NCBI GenBank assembly: GCA_015063535.1 | Contig: SVTY01000005.1 | Location: 23,808 to 87,807 of the forward strand | DNA length: 64,000 nucleotides | Direction: 5' to 3' | Source: Oscillospiraceae bacterium | GTDB taxonomy: Bacteria; Bacillota; Clostridia; Oscillospirales; CAG-272 | Shown: piece by piece, positions 48,823 through 58,078 of the stretch | Layout: every line of letters starts with the position of its first letter | How positions within the stretch are numbered: position 1 is the stretch's first letter | The notes under the pieces: model-generated | Databases searched by the model: none | Told to the model about the DNA's origin: nothing | What the model saw: only the letters and a program-made list of their open reading frames with translations | Made by a program: the position numbers and the translations under genes

Positions 48823-49368
48823 TTATTCGTCCTCTTCGCCCGTTTGCGGCTCCGAATCCTCTTTTTTGTCCGAAGCCCCTTCCTCACTCGGCTGGGTCTT
48901 TCCCTTCTTCGCCTCTTGGATCATAGACAGGATACACCAAAGAATAAGCATTCCCGCTCCGACACAAACACAGGCATCGGCAATATTGAACACCCATACC
49001 CACAGATTGGGAAAGGCGCAAAAATCCAAAAAGTCAATAACATAGTTGAGGCGGATTCGGTCGATCATATTCCCGATCCCGCCGCCAACGATCAGAGAAA
49101 GGGCGGTACAAGCCAATGGGCTTGCGGGACGGAATTTCCAAAGATAGACCAACAGTGCCACAATAGCCACCGTGGACAGTACCATAAAGACCCAACGGTG
49201 CTCGGACAGCATACCGAATGCTGCTCCCCGATTTTCCACATAAGTAAACCGAAAAATGCCAGGGATCACGTCCACCGAGCCGACCTCCGCCAAAAAACGA
49301 ACGACCAACAGCTTGCTGATCTGATCGATCAGCACCGATGCCGCAATCACCACAATCCAAATCCACAT
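48823..49368 (-). CDS. lspA: Lipoprotein signal peptidase II
   Basis: IDQISKLLV, NRGAAFG, VFNIADACV. Acidic C-terminal tail. Confidence 0.85.
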   Translation of the reverse strand: MWIWIVVIAASVLIDQISKLLVVRFLAEVGSVDVIPGIFRFTYVENRGAAFGMLSEHRWVFMVLSTVAIVALLVYLWKFRPASPLACTALSLIVGGGIGNMIDRIRLNYVIDFLDFCAFPNLWVWVFNIADACVCVGAGMLILWCILSMIQEAKKGKTQPSEEGASDKKEDSEPQTGEEDE

Positions 49369-49382
49369 ATCTGCCTCTCGCC

Positions 49383-50198
49383 TTACAGATACCGCTCCGC
49401 CGTCAAACGAAGCCGTCCCTTTTTGGTTCGGTCATTCAAGGACACCACCCGATACCGTCCGTAGCCTCGAACGGAGATCAGGCAGGGTGCCAAGACGGGG
49501 CGATCCGGGCGATCCTCACTTTCAAAGTTCATTTCCACAAGCCCCGAGCAGACCGTTTCTCTCGCCTTTTCTCGGGACAGACCGCACAAGGCGGCAATCA
49601 CGCAATCCAAACGGGGAGATGCAACCGTGTCCCCGATGGGAGCAAATCGACGGGGCGGCAAGTGCCATGCCTCCTTTGACAAGCGTAATACCGTCACCTT
49701 ATCGTTTGCGACCTTTTTCCATTCTGTCTCCAAAAAGGAGACCATTCCTTCCTCACAAAAAAGAACCGCTCGCCGCCCCTCCTCTCCGTCGATCAGAAGG
49801 TCGCCGAGAACGCTTCGCTCCAAGCCCAGCCCCAACAAGGAGCCGAGAAAATCCCGATGACTGAGGTTCCGATATCCGCTTCCTACGATCTGCAACACGG
49901 CGATATCGGTCCCATATCCGAAGGAAGCCAATGCCGCCTCCCAATCTTGCGCCTCGGCTTCGACCGCCTCCTCCATATACGGCGGAAGCAGATACAGCCG
50001 ACGGCGTTCCGCCTCATCATACCCGCCAAAGGAGCGATAGAAGGCGCCCATTCGGTTCAGATATACTTCGCCATAATGAAGCTCTCTGGGAGAAAGAAAA
50101 GCACTGTGAGACAGCATTCCCTGCTCTGCTCGCCGCCAAAGATCCTCCAAATGGGCAAACAGCGTGCCAAATTCCTCATGTTCTTTTGCGTTCATCAC
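49383..50198 (-). CDS. YlmH-family RNA-binding (S4 domain) division-associated protein
   Basis: C-terminal S4-like RLDCVIAALCGLSREKARETVCSGLVEMN. Position after yggT. Confidence 0.7.
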   Translation of the reverse strand: MMNAKEHEEFGTLFAHLEDLWRRAEQGMLSHSAFLSPRELHYGEVYLNRMGAFYRSFGGYDEAERRRLYLLPPYMEEAVEAEAQDWEAALASFGYGTDIAVLQIVGSGYRNLSHRDFLGSLLGLGLERSVLGDLLIDGEEGRRAVLFCEEGMVSFLETEWKKVANDKVTVLRLSKEAWHLPPRRFAPIGDTVASPRLDCVIAALCGLSREKARETVCSGLVEMNFESEDRPDRPVLAPCLISVRGYGRYRVVSLNDRTKKGRLRLTAERYL

Positions 50199-50468
50199 TC
50201 AAAGGATCATAATAATGACCGACAACAGCAAATAGGTCACCATAAAAGAGATATCAATAGGAAGGCTTTGAAACCAATTCATTCGTTCAAACAAACGCCG
50301 AACAGGGTAAATAAAGGGTTCCGTCACCGCAAACAGAAAGTGCACAAACCGATTTTCCTCCATGGGAAACCACGACAAAACCGCTCGCACAAGCATAGCG
50401 AGCTGAACTGCCGTCAGCAACAGCACCACAACATTTGCGATAATTTGCAACGCATAATTCAAAGCCAA
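50199..50468 (-). CDS. YggT-family membrane protein
   Basis: About 89 aa, two TM segments. LLTAVQLAMLVRAVLSWFP is typical of YggT/YlmG. Non-ATG (TTG) start. Confidence 0.75.
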   Translation of the reverse strand: MALNYALQIIANVVVLLLTAVQLAMLVRAVLSWFPMEENRFVHFLFAVTEPFIYPVRRLFERMNWFQSLPIDISFMVTYLLLSVIIMIL

Positions 50469-50649
50469 ACGCCTCCTTCGGCGGCAAGATCCGCCCTTCG
50501 GTTTTATCCTTCGGTGTATCGCTCCGTTTCCTTACGGAAAAAGAAAGCGACCCGGGGCAGGCTGACACACAGAGGGCGCACTTACCCGCCCCTGCCGCAA
50601 AACGGCAAGAGCCTGTGCCTCACTCCGACCCCGGATCCTTCAGCGACAC

Positions 50650-51081
50650 TCAGTTTCCGCTTACCATTGCCTCGATGCTGCTCACATCGACGTTCTTGGG
50701 AGCGATCACAATGGTGGTCTTGCTGACCTTGGTCATCAAGCCGCCTGCTACATGTACAGCGCCGTTCAGGTAGTCCAACAGACGGATCGCCTGATCCTTG
50801 GCAATGCTTTCGATATTCAAAAGAATGGTGTTGCCGTTTATCAGCAGATTAGCGATCTCGATCGCATCCTTGTACTCCTTGGGATTCACGATCTTGAGTG
50901 CGGGAGCCGCTGCGGTTCCGAATGCGGCAGGAGCCTCGGCGGGAGCGGGATTCTGCATACCCATGCCAAAGCTATCCTCCTCGGTCTCTGCGGCATCCAT
51001 GTCGTCAAAGCCGTCGCCGTAGTACTTGTCCTCGTCGTTGAAGCCCTCGTAGTTTTCCGAATTTTTCTTGAAAAGTGCCAT
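50650..51081 (-). CDS. sepF: Cell division protein SepF
   Basis: Disordered acidic N-terminus plus C-terminal DUF552 core (IVNPKEYKDAIEIANLLINGNTILLNIE...). Confidence 0.85.
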   Translation of the reverse strand: MALFKKNSENYEGFNDEDKYYGDGFDDMDAAETEEDSFGMGMQNPAPAEAPAAFGTAAAPALKIVNPKEYKDAIEIANLLINGNTILLNIESIAKDQAIRLLDYLNGAVHVAGGLMTKVSKTTIVIAPKNVDVSSIEAMVSGN

Positions 51082-51101
51082 AATGTCCTCCGATTTTATA
51101 T

Positions 51102-51836
51102 TTATTTATTTTTTACATCTGTTATGTTGGTCTCTTCCTTTACAAAGAGACTGCGTCCGATCCGCACGATATCCGAGCCGCAGAGGATCGCTTCCTCAAA
51201 GCTTCCGCTCATGCCCATGGAGATCAGCGGTCTATCTATATTATGCAATGTTTTTGTCCAAATGTCAAGGACTTGCGCATAAGTTTGTTGAAAATATTTC
51301 AAATAATCTTCTTTTTTGTCACATTTCGGTGCCATCGTCATGAATCCCCGAAGGCGAATGCCCTCAAAATCCCGAAGCGCCAAACAGAACGCCTCAACCT
51401 CCGACGGTGCCAGACCGCTCTTGCTTGTCTCCTCACCGCTGTTGATCTCTGCCAGCACGTCCATCACGATCCCCTTTTTCTTTGCCTGTCGGTCGATCTC
51501 CGCCGCCAGCTTCAAGGAATCCAAAGAATGGATCATACACACCTTATCTATGATGTACTTGACCTTGTTGGTCTGAAGTGTGCCGATAAAATGCCATCGG
51601 ATCTCCTCCCGATCCGCCATCGTCTCATAATGCGCCAACAGCTGCTGAACCCGATTCTCACCGAATTCGCAGACCCCCAAGGCTCGGTGGAGATACTCCA
51701 TCTGAGCGGGCTCTGCATATTTGACGGCGGCAAGAAGCATCACACTGTCCGTCTGCCGTCCCGCTTGCTCCTGCGCCATGCGCATCCGCCTGCGGATATC
51801 CGCCAAATTTTTATCCAAATAGTCAAAGCTCATCAA
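51102..51836 (-). CDS. YggS-family pyridoxal-phosphate homeostasis protein
   Basis: LLAAVKYAEP (PLP Lys), WHFIGTLQTNKVKY, MGMSGSFEEAI. Confidence 0.85.
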   Translation of the reverse strand: MMSFDYLDKNLADIRRRMRMAQEQAGRQTDSVMLLAAVKYAEPAQMEYLHRALGVCEFGENRVQQLLAHYETMADREEIRWHFIGTLQTNKVKYIIDKVCMIHSLDSLKLAAEIDRQAKKKGIVMDVLAEINSGEETSKSGLAPSEVEAFCLALRDFEGIRLRGFMTMAPKCDKKEDYLKYFQQTYAQVLDIWTKTLHNIDRPLISMGMSGSFEEAILCGSDIVRIGRSLFVKEETNITDVKNK

Positions 51837-53059
51837 TCCAACACCCTTCCGTCAAACAAATTCTTTCCGTCCAGGATGATCAGATCGTTGACCTGCAAAT
51901 AGGAAAACTCCTCATTGTCCTCCATCCCATCCTTCACCAGATAATAATCACTGCCCTCGTAAAGGATCTCAATATAACGGAAATGCACCACGCTGCCCCT
52001 CAGGATATAAACGCCTCGGTAACCGTCCACACGGTGGATCACTGCCTTTGGCACATAGATACCGCTGATGCTATCCACCTCAATACGAACGGTCTGACAG
52101 CGGGAGAAGAAAAAGTTTTTCGGCAATCGGTCCGAGCGGAACACCAGCAAAGCTCCCTCATCGGATTCGATCATCCGCTCCAAGGTGAGGGGGATCTCCG
52201 TATGATTGTTTTCCTCAAATAACCCCACATAGACCTCGCCCTCGGTAAAATGCTGTTGCTCCTCTGCTTGGATCGGCAACACCAGCATCCATTCGCTGTC
52301 ATAGGCAAGCTTTCCGTACGCCGTTTCCACAGAGGAGGCGGGCGTGGAGATCAGCTCATAAAAGGAATCGGCTGTCAGTCTTTCGGCTTTTTCCATGGTA
52401 TACAAGGTCTCATAGCCATCCGCCTCGGCATAAAAATAGCCATTTTGCGATGCCTGACAGTCCAAGGAAGCGCCACTGCCGGCAAGCAATGCCGCTCGCT
52501 GCTCCTTCAGCTGAAGAAGCGTTTCCTGCGCCACAGAGCCCTCGCCCTCGACCAGCCCCTGCATTTGGTTCATTCCGACAAGCAGCTGATCGGCTTGATA
52601 GGAAAGCCCTCCCGTATCCCCCTCGGCAAGCTTTTTGACAAGAGTATGATAGGTGCTTCCCACAGAGGACTTCACCTCGCCCATATCCAAGCCGTTCAAC
52701 GCCTCGGCGGTGCTTTGCTCCAACAGGGCGATCTGCTCGTCCAACCGACGGATCTGCTCTCTTGTAGCGGCATTTCCTTGTTCATACACCGTGGCCAATG
52801 CCTGTCCCTTTGCCACCTTTGCGCCGTCCTTGACCCGATAATCGACCGCCCCCGCATAGGAGGAGGTCAAAACTGTTTCATCGCGAAACAGATATCCGCC
52901 GCCGCTGACCGCCGTCGTTTCGGTAGTCACACCTGCGGCATAGGTAGACATCTCTTGGTCAAAGATCCCGACCACATGATAGACCGTATACAGAAAGATC
53001 AAGGCAAAAACCAACCCTAAAGCGATCCGCTGGATCAATGATGTGCTTTTTTGCTTCAT
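51833..53059 (-). CDS. HlyD-like / membrane-fusion-type protein with N-terminal TM
   Basis: 408 aa, one TM (IALGLVFALIFLYTVYHVV), a coiled-coil segment (REQIRRLDEQIALLEQ), beta-rich ends. ATGA overlap with the yggS-like gene. Confidence 0.4.
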   Translation of the reverse strand: MKQKSTSLIQRIALGLVFALIFLYTVYHVVGIFDQEMSTYAAGVTTETTAVSGGGYLFRDETVLTSSYAGAVDYRVKDGAKVAKGQALATVYEQGNAATREQIRRLDEQIALLEQSTAEALNGLDMGEVKSSVGSTYHTLVKKLAEGDTGGLSYQADQLLVGMNQMQGLVEGEGSVAQETLLQLKEQRAALLAGSGASLDCQASQNGYFYAEADGYETLYTMEKAERLTADSFYELISTPASSVETAYGKLAYDSEWMLVLPIQAEEQQHFTEGEVYVGLFEENNHTEIPLTLERMIESDEGALLVFRSDRLPKNFFFSRCQTVRIEVDSISGIYVPKAVIHRVDGYRGVYILRGSVVHFRYIEILYEGSDYYLVKDGMEDNEEFSYLQVNDLIILDGKNLFDGRVLD

Positions 53060-53098
53060 GAGATCGTTCCTTTCCGGTTATTCTCTGCCTTACCTATC

Positions 53099-54076
53099 TT
53101 ATATTATATCATATTTTTTGCTTTTTTGAAAGAGTTCTGCGGCAATATTTACAATCTCTTCAAATGTTTTTTGCTTTTTTTCGCCGAAATCGTCCTCCAC
53201 GTCCAGCCACTGTACATAGTCCTTGGCGGAAAACCAAGTCATCTGCCGTTTGGCGTACCGCCGTGTGGCAAGCTTCAGTGCTTCGGTCGCCTCCGCCAAG
53301 CTCTGCTCTCCCCGAAGAAAGGGCAACAGCTCCTTGTAGCCAATGGCTTGCGCCGCCGTGCGGTTTACCTCAAACACACCCTCAGCAAGCAAGCGGCGAG
53401 TCTCCTCCTCCAAGCCTGCCTCCAGCATCCGATCCACCCGCTCCTCGATCCGTTGGTACAGTATCTCTCGGCATCCGTACCGCAGTCCGATCACACAAGC
53501 GTCGTATCGCATGCCGCCCTCTTGTGAACGGCGATCCAGCTCGGTCTTGGTCACCCCACAGCTACGGTAGATCTCCAAGGCACGAATGACCCGCTTTACA
53601 TTGTTGGGATGCGTGGCTTCGGCACTTTCGGGGTCTACCTTCTGCAATTGACGCCATATCGCATCGGCTCCCTCCCGTTCGGCAAGTTTCCACAGCTCCC
53701 GACGGATCGCCTCATTGGCGCAATTCGCTTCAAACTCGCTGTTTCTCAGCAGCGCATCCAAATACAGTCCCGTCCCACCGCAAACGATAGGAAGCTTACC
53801 CCGTCCCGCACAATCCTCAATGGCGGATGACGCCAAAGACACATACTCGGCGCAAGAAAACGCCTCCTTCGGCTCTGCCACATCGATCAGATGATGCCTG
53901 ATCTGACACCGCTCCTCTGCCGTCGGCTTTGCCGTCCCGATATCCATGCGGCGATAGATCTGCATGGAATCACAGGAAATAATTTCTCCGTCCAGCCTTT
54001 TTGCCAGCTCCAGCGCAAGAGCACTCTTTCCACTCGCCGTGGCCCCCACCACGGCAAGAATTTTTATACGATCCAT
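53099..54076 (-). CDS. miaA: tRNA dimethylallyltransferase
   Basis: ILAVVGATASGKSALALELA P-loop, DSMQIYRRMDIGTAKP. Confidence 0.9.
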   Translation of the reverse strand: MDRIKILAVVGATASGKSALALELAKRLDGEIISCDSMQIYRRMDIGTAKPTAEERCQIRHHLIDVAEPKEAFSCAEYVSLASSAIEDCAGRGKLPIVCGGTGLYLDALLRNSEFEANCANEAIRRELWKLAEREGADAIWRQLQKVDPESAEATHPNNVKRVIRALEIYRSCGVTKTELDRRSQEGGMRYDACVIGLRYGCREILYQRIEERVDRMLEAGLEEETRRLLAEGVFEVNRTAAQAIGYKELLPFLRGEQSLAEATEALKLATRRYAKRQMTWFSAKDYVQWLDVEDDFGEKKQKTFEEIVNIAAELFQKSKKYDII

Positions 54077-54109
54077 CGTCACCTCTTTATTCTTCCTATT
54101 ACCCAAGTA

Positions 54110-55180
54110 TTATTGAATCAACATCGCGTCTCCGAACGAAAAGAACCGATACCTCTCCTTCACCGCCTCTGCATATGCCTCCATGATCCGATCTCTGTCA
54201 TAAAATGCCGAGATCAGCATCAGCAACGTACTTTCGGGCAGGTGAAAATTGGTAATCAAGGCATCCACCGCCTTAAAGCGGTATCCGGGGTAAATAAAGA
54301 TCCCCGTATCCCCCGACATGGCGGGAATATGCCCATCCTCCTCAGCAGCACTTTCAATTGTCCGACAGGAGGTCGTTCCCACGCAGATCAACCGTCCGCC
54401 CTTGGCTTTTCGCTCATTGATCAGCTCGGCACTCTCTTGAGAGATCGAAAAAAACTCGGTGTGCATCACATGCTCGTCCAGCCGCTCCGCCTTCACGGGG
54501 CGGAAGGTTCCCAAGCCCACATGAAGCATCACGGGTGCAATGGCAACGCCCTTCTTTTGAATACGTTCCAGTAGCTCGGGGGTAAAGTGCAGCCCCGCCG
54601 TAGGTGCCGCCGCCGAGCCCTCCTCTCTGGCATAGACCGTCTGATAGCGGGAGCTGTCCTTCAGTGTCTCGGTAATGTAGGGCGGCAGAGGCATCATGCC
54701 AATCTGTGCCAAAACCTCATAGATCGTCTTGTATCGTTCCTTGTCGTAAGTAAAGCGAATGATCCGATTCCCTTCCTCTGCGATCTCCAGCACCTCCGTG
54801 GTCATCAGCCCCTCACCGAACACCGCACGGGAGCCGACCCTTGCTCGCTTGCCGGGCTTCACCAAACATTCCCATGTATCCAGATCTCTCTGACGGAGCA
54901 AAAGCAGCTCCAAGGCGGCATCCTCTCTTCCCTCTGCATGTCCGTACAGCCTGGCGGGAATCACCTTGGAATCGTTGATGACCAACACATCCTCCGGGCG
55001 AAGATAGTCCAAAATATCATAAAAATGCCGATGCTCCCACTTTCCCGTTGCCCGATCCAATACCATCAGACGGGAATGGTCTCTCTGCTCGGCAGGATGC
55101 TGAGCGATCAGCTCGGGAGGAAGCTCATAAAAAAAATCCGAGGTCTTCAGCTCGGTAGGACACCGCTTGTTGACAATCAT
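54110..55180 (-). CDS. queA: S-adenosylmethionine:tRNA ribosyltransferase-isomerase
   Basis: TSDFFYELPPELIAQHP, GTTSCRTIES, FSFGDAMLI. Confidence 0.95.
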   Translation of the reverse strand: MIVNKRCPTELKTSDFFYELPPELIAQHPAEQRDHSRLMVLDRATGKWEHRHFYDILDYLRPEDVLVINDSKVIPARLYGHAEGREDAALELLLLRQRDLDTWECLVKPGKRARVGSRAVFGEGLMTTEVLEIAEEGNRIIRFTYDKERYKTIYEVLAQIGMMPLPPYITETLKDSSRYQTVYAREEGSAAAPTAGLHFTPELLERIQKKGVAIAPVMLHVGLGTFRPVKAERLDEHVMHTEFFSISQESAELINERKAKGGRLICVGTTSCRTIESAAEEDGHIPAMSGDTGIFIYPGYRFKAVDALITNFHLPESTLLMLISAFYDRDRIMEAYAEAVKERYRFFSFGDAMLIQ

Positions 55181-55253
55181 GAAAAAATTCCTTTCATAAA
55201 CCGATCCACGCCTTCGAAAAAAGACGAAAAATCAAAAAAATTTCAAAAAGATA

Positions 55254-55282
55254 TTGACAGAAGGAGAAAGATATGCTATCAT
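55254..55282 (+). promoter_or_regulatory. Predicted promoter of L-box-dapAB
   Basis: TTGACA-17 nt-TATCAT. Confidence 0.45.
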
Positions 55283-55299
55283 AATATCAAAGATACATA

Positions 55300-55460
55300 T
55301 AATTATGGTAGAGGTGCATGATATCACTGCGTTCCGTCGAGGTCGCCGAACCGTTCGAGGCGAAGGGCAAGGGTGTTGTGCCGAAGGCATACGCAGACGG
55401 TGGGCGTATGACCTGGTCTGACCGATTCAGAGTCGGTAGATTGTCATCATCTTGAATCAA
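55300..55460 (+). promoter_or_regulatory. Lysine riboswitch (L-box) aptamer
   Basis: GGTAGAGGTGC start, GTCGCCGAA, GGGCAAGGGTGTTGTGCCGAAGG, CTGG...GGTAGATTGTCA, in the order of L-box conserved blocks. Upstream of dapA. Confidence 0.75.
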
Positions 55461-55551
55461 AAATTTGATCAAATTTGATGGAGAGCTATCTGTGATTGAA
55501 CCTACAATAAGCATTCTGTCTTTTTATGCTTATATTATAGTACAATTTCAG

Positions 55552-55580
55552 CTGGTTTTCAACCGGTTTTTTATTTTTTA
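55552..55580 (+). terminator. Terminator hairpin in dapA leader
   Basis: CTGGTT-ttc-AACCGG followed by TTTTTTATTTTTT. Probable riboswitch expression platform. Confidence 0.5.
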
Positions 55581-55628
55581 TATGGAAATCTTCAATATTT
55601 TTCGCAAATGAAAGGAATTTTTGAACCC

Positions 55629-56522
55629 ATGAGTAAGCTGAAACCCACCATTTTTACAGGCGCAGCAACCGCCATCATTACCCCCTTCCAAAACGGTACC
55701 GTTGATTATGCCTGCTTTGGCAGGCTCATAGAGGATCAGATCAAAGGCGGCATCGATGCCATCGTGGTGGCAGGCACTACGGGCGAGGCGGCGACTCTGA
55801 CCCATGAGGAGCATTGCGACTGCGTGCGCTTTGCCGTCGAGCAGGTAGCGGGACGGGTGCCCGTCATTGCGGGAACCGGCTCTAACGATACCGCCTACGG
55901 CATCGAACTGTCGCAATACGCTTGTGAGGTTGGTGCCGATGCCCTTCTGTTGGTCACCCCCTATTATAATAAAGCCACCCCCAAAGGACTCATCAAAAGC
56001 TTTTTGGAGACGGCAGATAAGACCGATAAGCCCATCATTCTGTACAATGTTCCCTCCCGTACAGGCTGTAATATTCCCCTATCGGTGTACAAGGAGCTTG
56101 CCAAGCATGAGCGCATCGTCGCTGTCAAGGAAGCATCGGGAAATCTCAGTGCTATTGCCGAGCTTTTTGCCGAGTGCGGTGACGCATTCGACATTTATTC
56201 GGGCAACGACGATCAGATCGTTCCCATCATGTCCCTTGGCGGAAAGGGCGTTATTTCGGTGCTTTCCAACATTCTGCCGAAGGAGACCCACGATATGGTA
56301 CAGCTCTGCCTGAGCGGTGACTATCCGAGTGCCGCAGCCATGCAGTTGCATTATCTGAAGCTCATCAACACCCTGTTCTGCGAGGTCAATCCCGTTCCCG
56401 TCAAGACCGCCATGGCAGAGCTTGGCTTCTGCGGCGACGAAATGCGCCTGCCCCTGTGTGAAATGGACGACGGCAATAAAGCAAAGCTTCTCGCCGTCCT
56501 GAAGGAGCATCACCTGCTGTAA
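55629..56522 (+). CDS. dapA: 4-hydroxy-tetrahydrodipicolinate synthase
   Basis: TAIITPF, VAGTTGEAATLTHEEH, KEASGN (Schiff-base Lys). Start 55629 or 55608. Confidence 0.92.
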   Translation: MSKLKPTIFTGAATAIITPFQNGTVDYACFGRLIEDQIKGGIDAIVVAGTTGEAATLTHEEHCDCVRFAVEQVAGRVPVIAGTGSNDTAYGIELSQYACEVGADALLLVTPYYNKATPKGLIKSFLETADKTDKPIILYNVPSRTGCNIPLSVYKELAKHERIVAVKEASGNLSAIAELFAECGDAFDIYSGNDDQIVPIMSLGGKGVISVLSNILPKETHDMVQLCLSGDYPSAAAMQLHYLKLINTLFCEVNPVPVKTAMAELGFCGDEMRLPLCEMDDGNKAKLLAVLKEHHLL

Positions 56523-56558
56523 TGGAAGCGGAATCACCAAAAGAAAGGATTTATAAGT

Positions 56559-57323
56559 ATGACCAATCTGATTCTCTGCGGTTGCGGAGGAAAAATGGGG
56601 CAAGCCATCATCCGCTCTGTCACGGATAGTACCGATTTTCGCATTTTGGCGGGCGTGGACATTAATGCGGCCGCCATCGCCCCCACATCCCCCTTCCCCG
56701 TTTACGGAGCCATTGCCGACTTTCCGGGCAAAGCGGATGTCATCATCGATTTTTCCCATCATACCGCCCTCCCCTCTCTGCTGATCTATGCCAAGGCTAC
56801 CAAGACCCCCCTTGTGGTCGCCACCACGGGACACACCGACGAGGAGCGAGCTCTGCTTACACAAGGTGCCGAGCAGATTGCGATCTTTTCCTCAGGCAAT
56901 ATGTCCATCGGGATCAATCTGCTCATTGAGCTTGCCCGTCATGCGGCAAAGACCTTGGGAGAGAGCTTTGACGTAGAGATCATCGAAAAGCACCACAATC
57001 AAAAGCTGGATGCCCCCAGCGGCACGGCGCTGATGATTGCAGACGGCATTCGGGAAGAGAGAAGCGAGACCGAATACGTCTATGACCGCCATGCTACCCG
57101 CGCCAAGCGAGAACCCAAGGAAATCGGGATCCACTCGATCCGCGGCGGAACCATCGTAGGTGAGCACGAGGTACTGTTTGCGGGCAACAACGAGCTGATC
57201 TCCCTGACTCACACCGCTACCTCCCGAGAGATATTCGCCCACGGTGCTCTTCGGGCAGCAGCGTATTTGGCGGGCAAGTCTACGGGTCTTTACAACATGT
57301 CCGATCTGATCAACGGACGGTAA
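56559..57323 (+). CDS. dapB: 4-hydroxy-tetrahydrodipicolinate reductase
   Basis: LILCGCGGKMG, IEKHHNQKLDAPSGTAL. Confidence 0.92.
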   Translation: MTNLILCGCGGKMGQAIIRSVTDSTDFRILAGVDINAAAIAPTSPFPVYGAIADFPGKADVIIDFSHHTALPSLLIYAKATKTPLVVATTGHTDEERALLTQGAEQIAIFSSGNMSIGINLLIELARHAAKTLGESFDVEIIEKHHNQKLDAPSGTALMIADGIREERSETEYVYDRHATRAKREPKEIGIHSIRGGTIVGEHEVLFAGNNELISLTHTATSREIFAHGALRAAAYLAGKSTGLYNMSDLINGR

Positions 57324-57336
57324 AAAGGAGCTTTCC

Positions 57337-58002
57337 ATGGAAATTTTAAAACACAAGGAATTGGATTATGTCATCCGCTATCCCGAAAACTTCCATAAAA
57401 CCGAACGGTATCCGCTCCTTATCTACCTGCATGGAGCAGGCGGACGAGGCAGAAACATCGAGATCATCCGCAACCACGGCTTTTTTAATCACTCCGAATC
57501 ATTCTGTACCAACGCCGTAACCGTAGCACCTCAGTGCTACGCCGACTCATGGTTTGACATCTTCGAGCAATTACAGGAATTCCTTGAATCCCTCATTGCT
57601 TCGGACTACATCGACGATTCCCGTGTTTATCTGATGGGAGCCAGTATGGGTGGCTACGGAACGTGGCAAATGGCAATGTCCCGCCCCGAGCTGTTTGCGG
57701 CAATCGTTCCCATTTGCGGCGGCGGAATGTACTGGAATGCGGAACGTTTGAAAAGCATCGCCGTTTGGGCGTTTCACGGAAGCGATGATTCCACGGTTCT
57801 CTGCGAAGAAAGCAAAAAAATGGTAAACAAAGCACAAAGCAAGGGCTGTAATGCCAAGCTCACGATCTTTGAGGGCGTGGGACATAACGCATGGGATCCT
57901 ACATGGAAATGCGAGGAAATGTGGCACTGGCTCTTTGATCAGCGAAAGCAATGCCAAGAAGAGATCAAAAATGAATATTCCGATGTAATAAAATTCGGTT
58001 AA
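57337..58002 (+). CDS. Alpha/beta-hydrolase (esterase/peptidase S9-like)
   Basis: LIYLHGAGG, nucleophile elbow LMGASMGGYG, FHGSDD, GVGHNAW. Confidence 0.7.
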   Translation: MEILKHKELDYVIRYPENFHKTERYPLLIYLHGAGGRGRNIEIIRNHGFFNHSESFCTNAVTVAPQCYADSWFDIFEQLQEFLESLIASDYIDDSRVYLMGASMGGYGTWQMAMSRPELFAAIVPICGGGMYWNAERLKSIAVWAFHGSDDSTVLCEESKKMVNKAQSKGCNAKLTIFEGVGHNAWDPTWKCEEMWHWLFDQRKQCQEEIKNEYSDVIKFG

Positions 58003-58042
58003 TAAATCCCTCATTCCTCATTCAGGAGGCATGTGAACAGTA

Positions 58043-58072
58043 AAGGCGGTGAGCAGAAATGCTCACCGCCTT
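58043..58072. terminator. Bidirectional terminator between convergent genes
   Basis: AAGGCGGTGAGC-agaaat-GCTCACCGCCTT. Confidence 0.8.
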
Positions 58073-58078
58073 CACGTT

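Noticed and set aside
50469-50649. GC-rich 180-nt spacer between sepF and yggT with several short hairpins
   Set aside because: I could find only 5-6 bp local stems (GGCAGG/CCTGCC, TGCCG..CGGCA), no long-range helix and no terminator. The evidence for an RNA element is insufficient without comparative data.
55287-55514. 75-aa minus-strand ORF
   Set aside because: It lies entirely within the lysine riboswitch and leader of dapA on the other strand.
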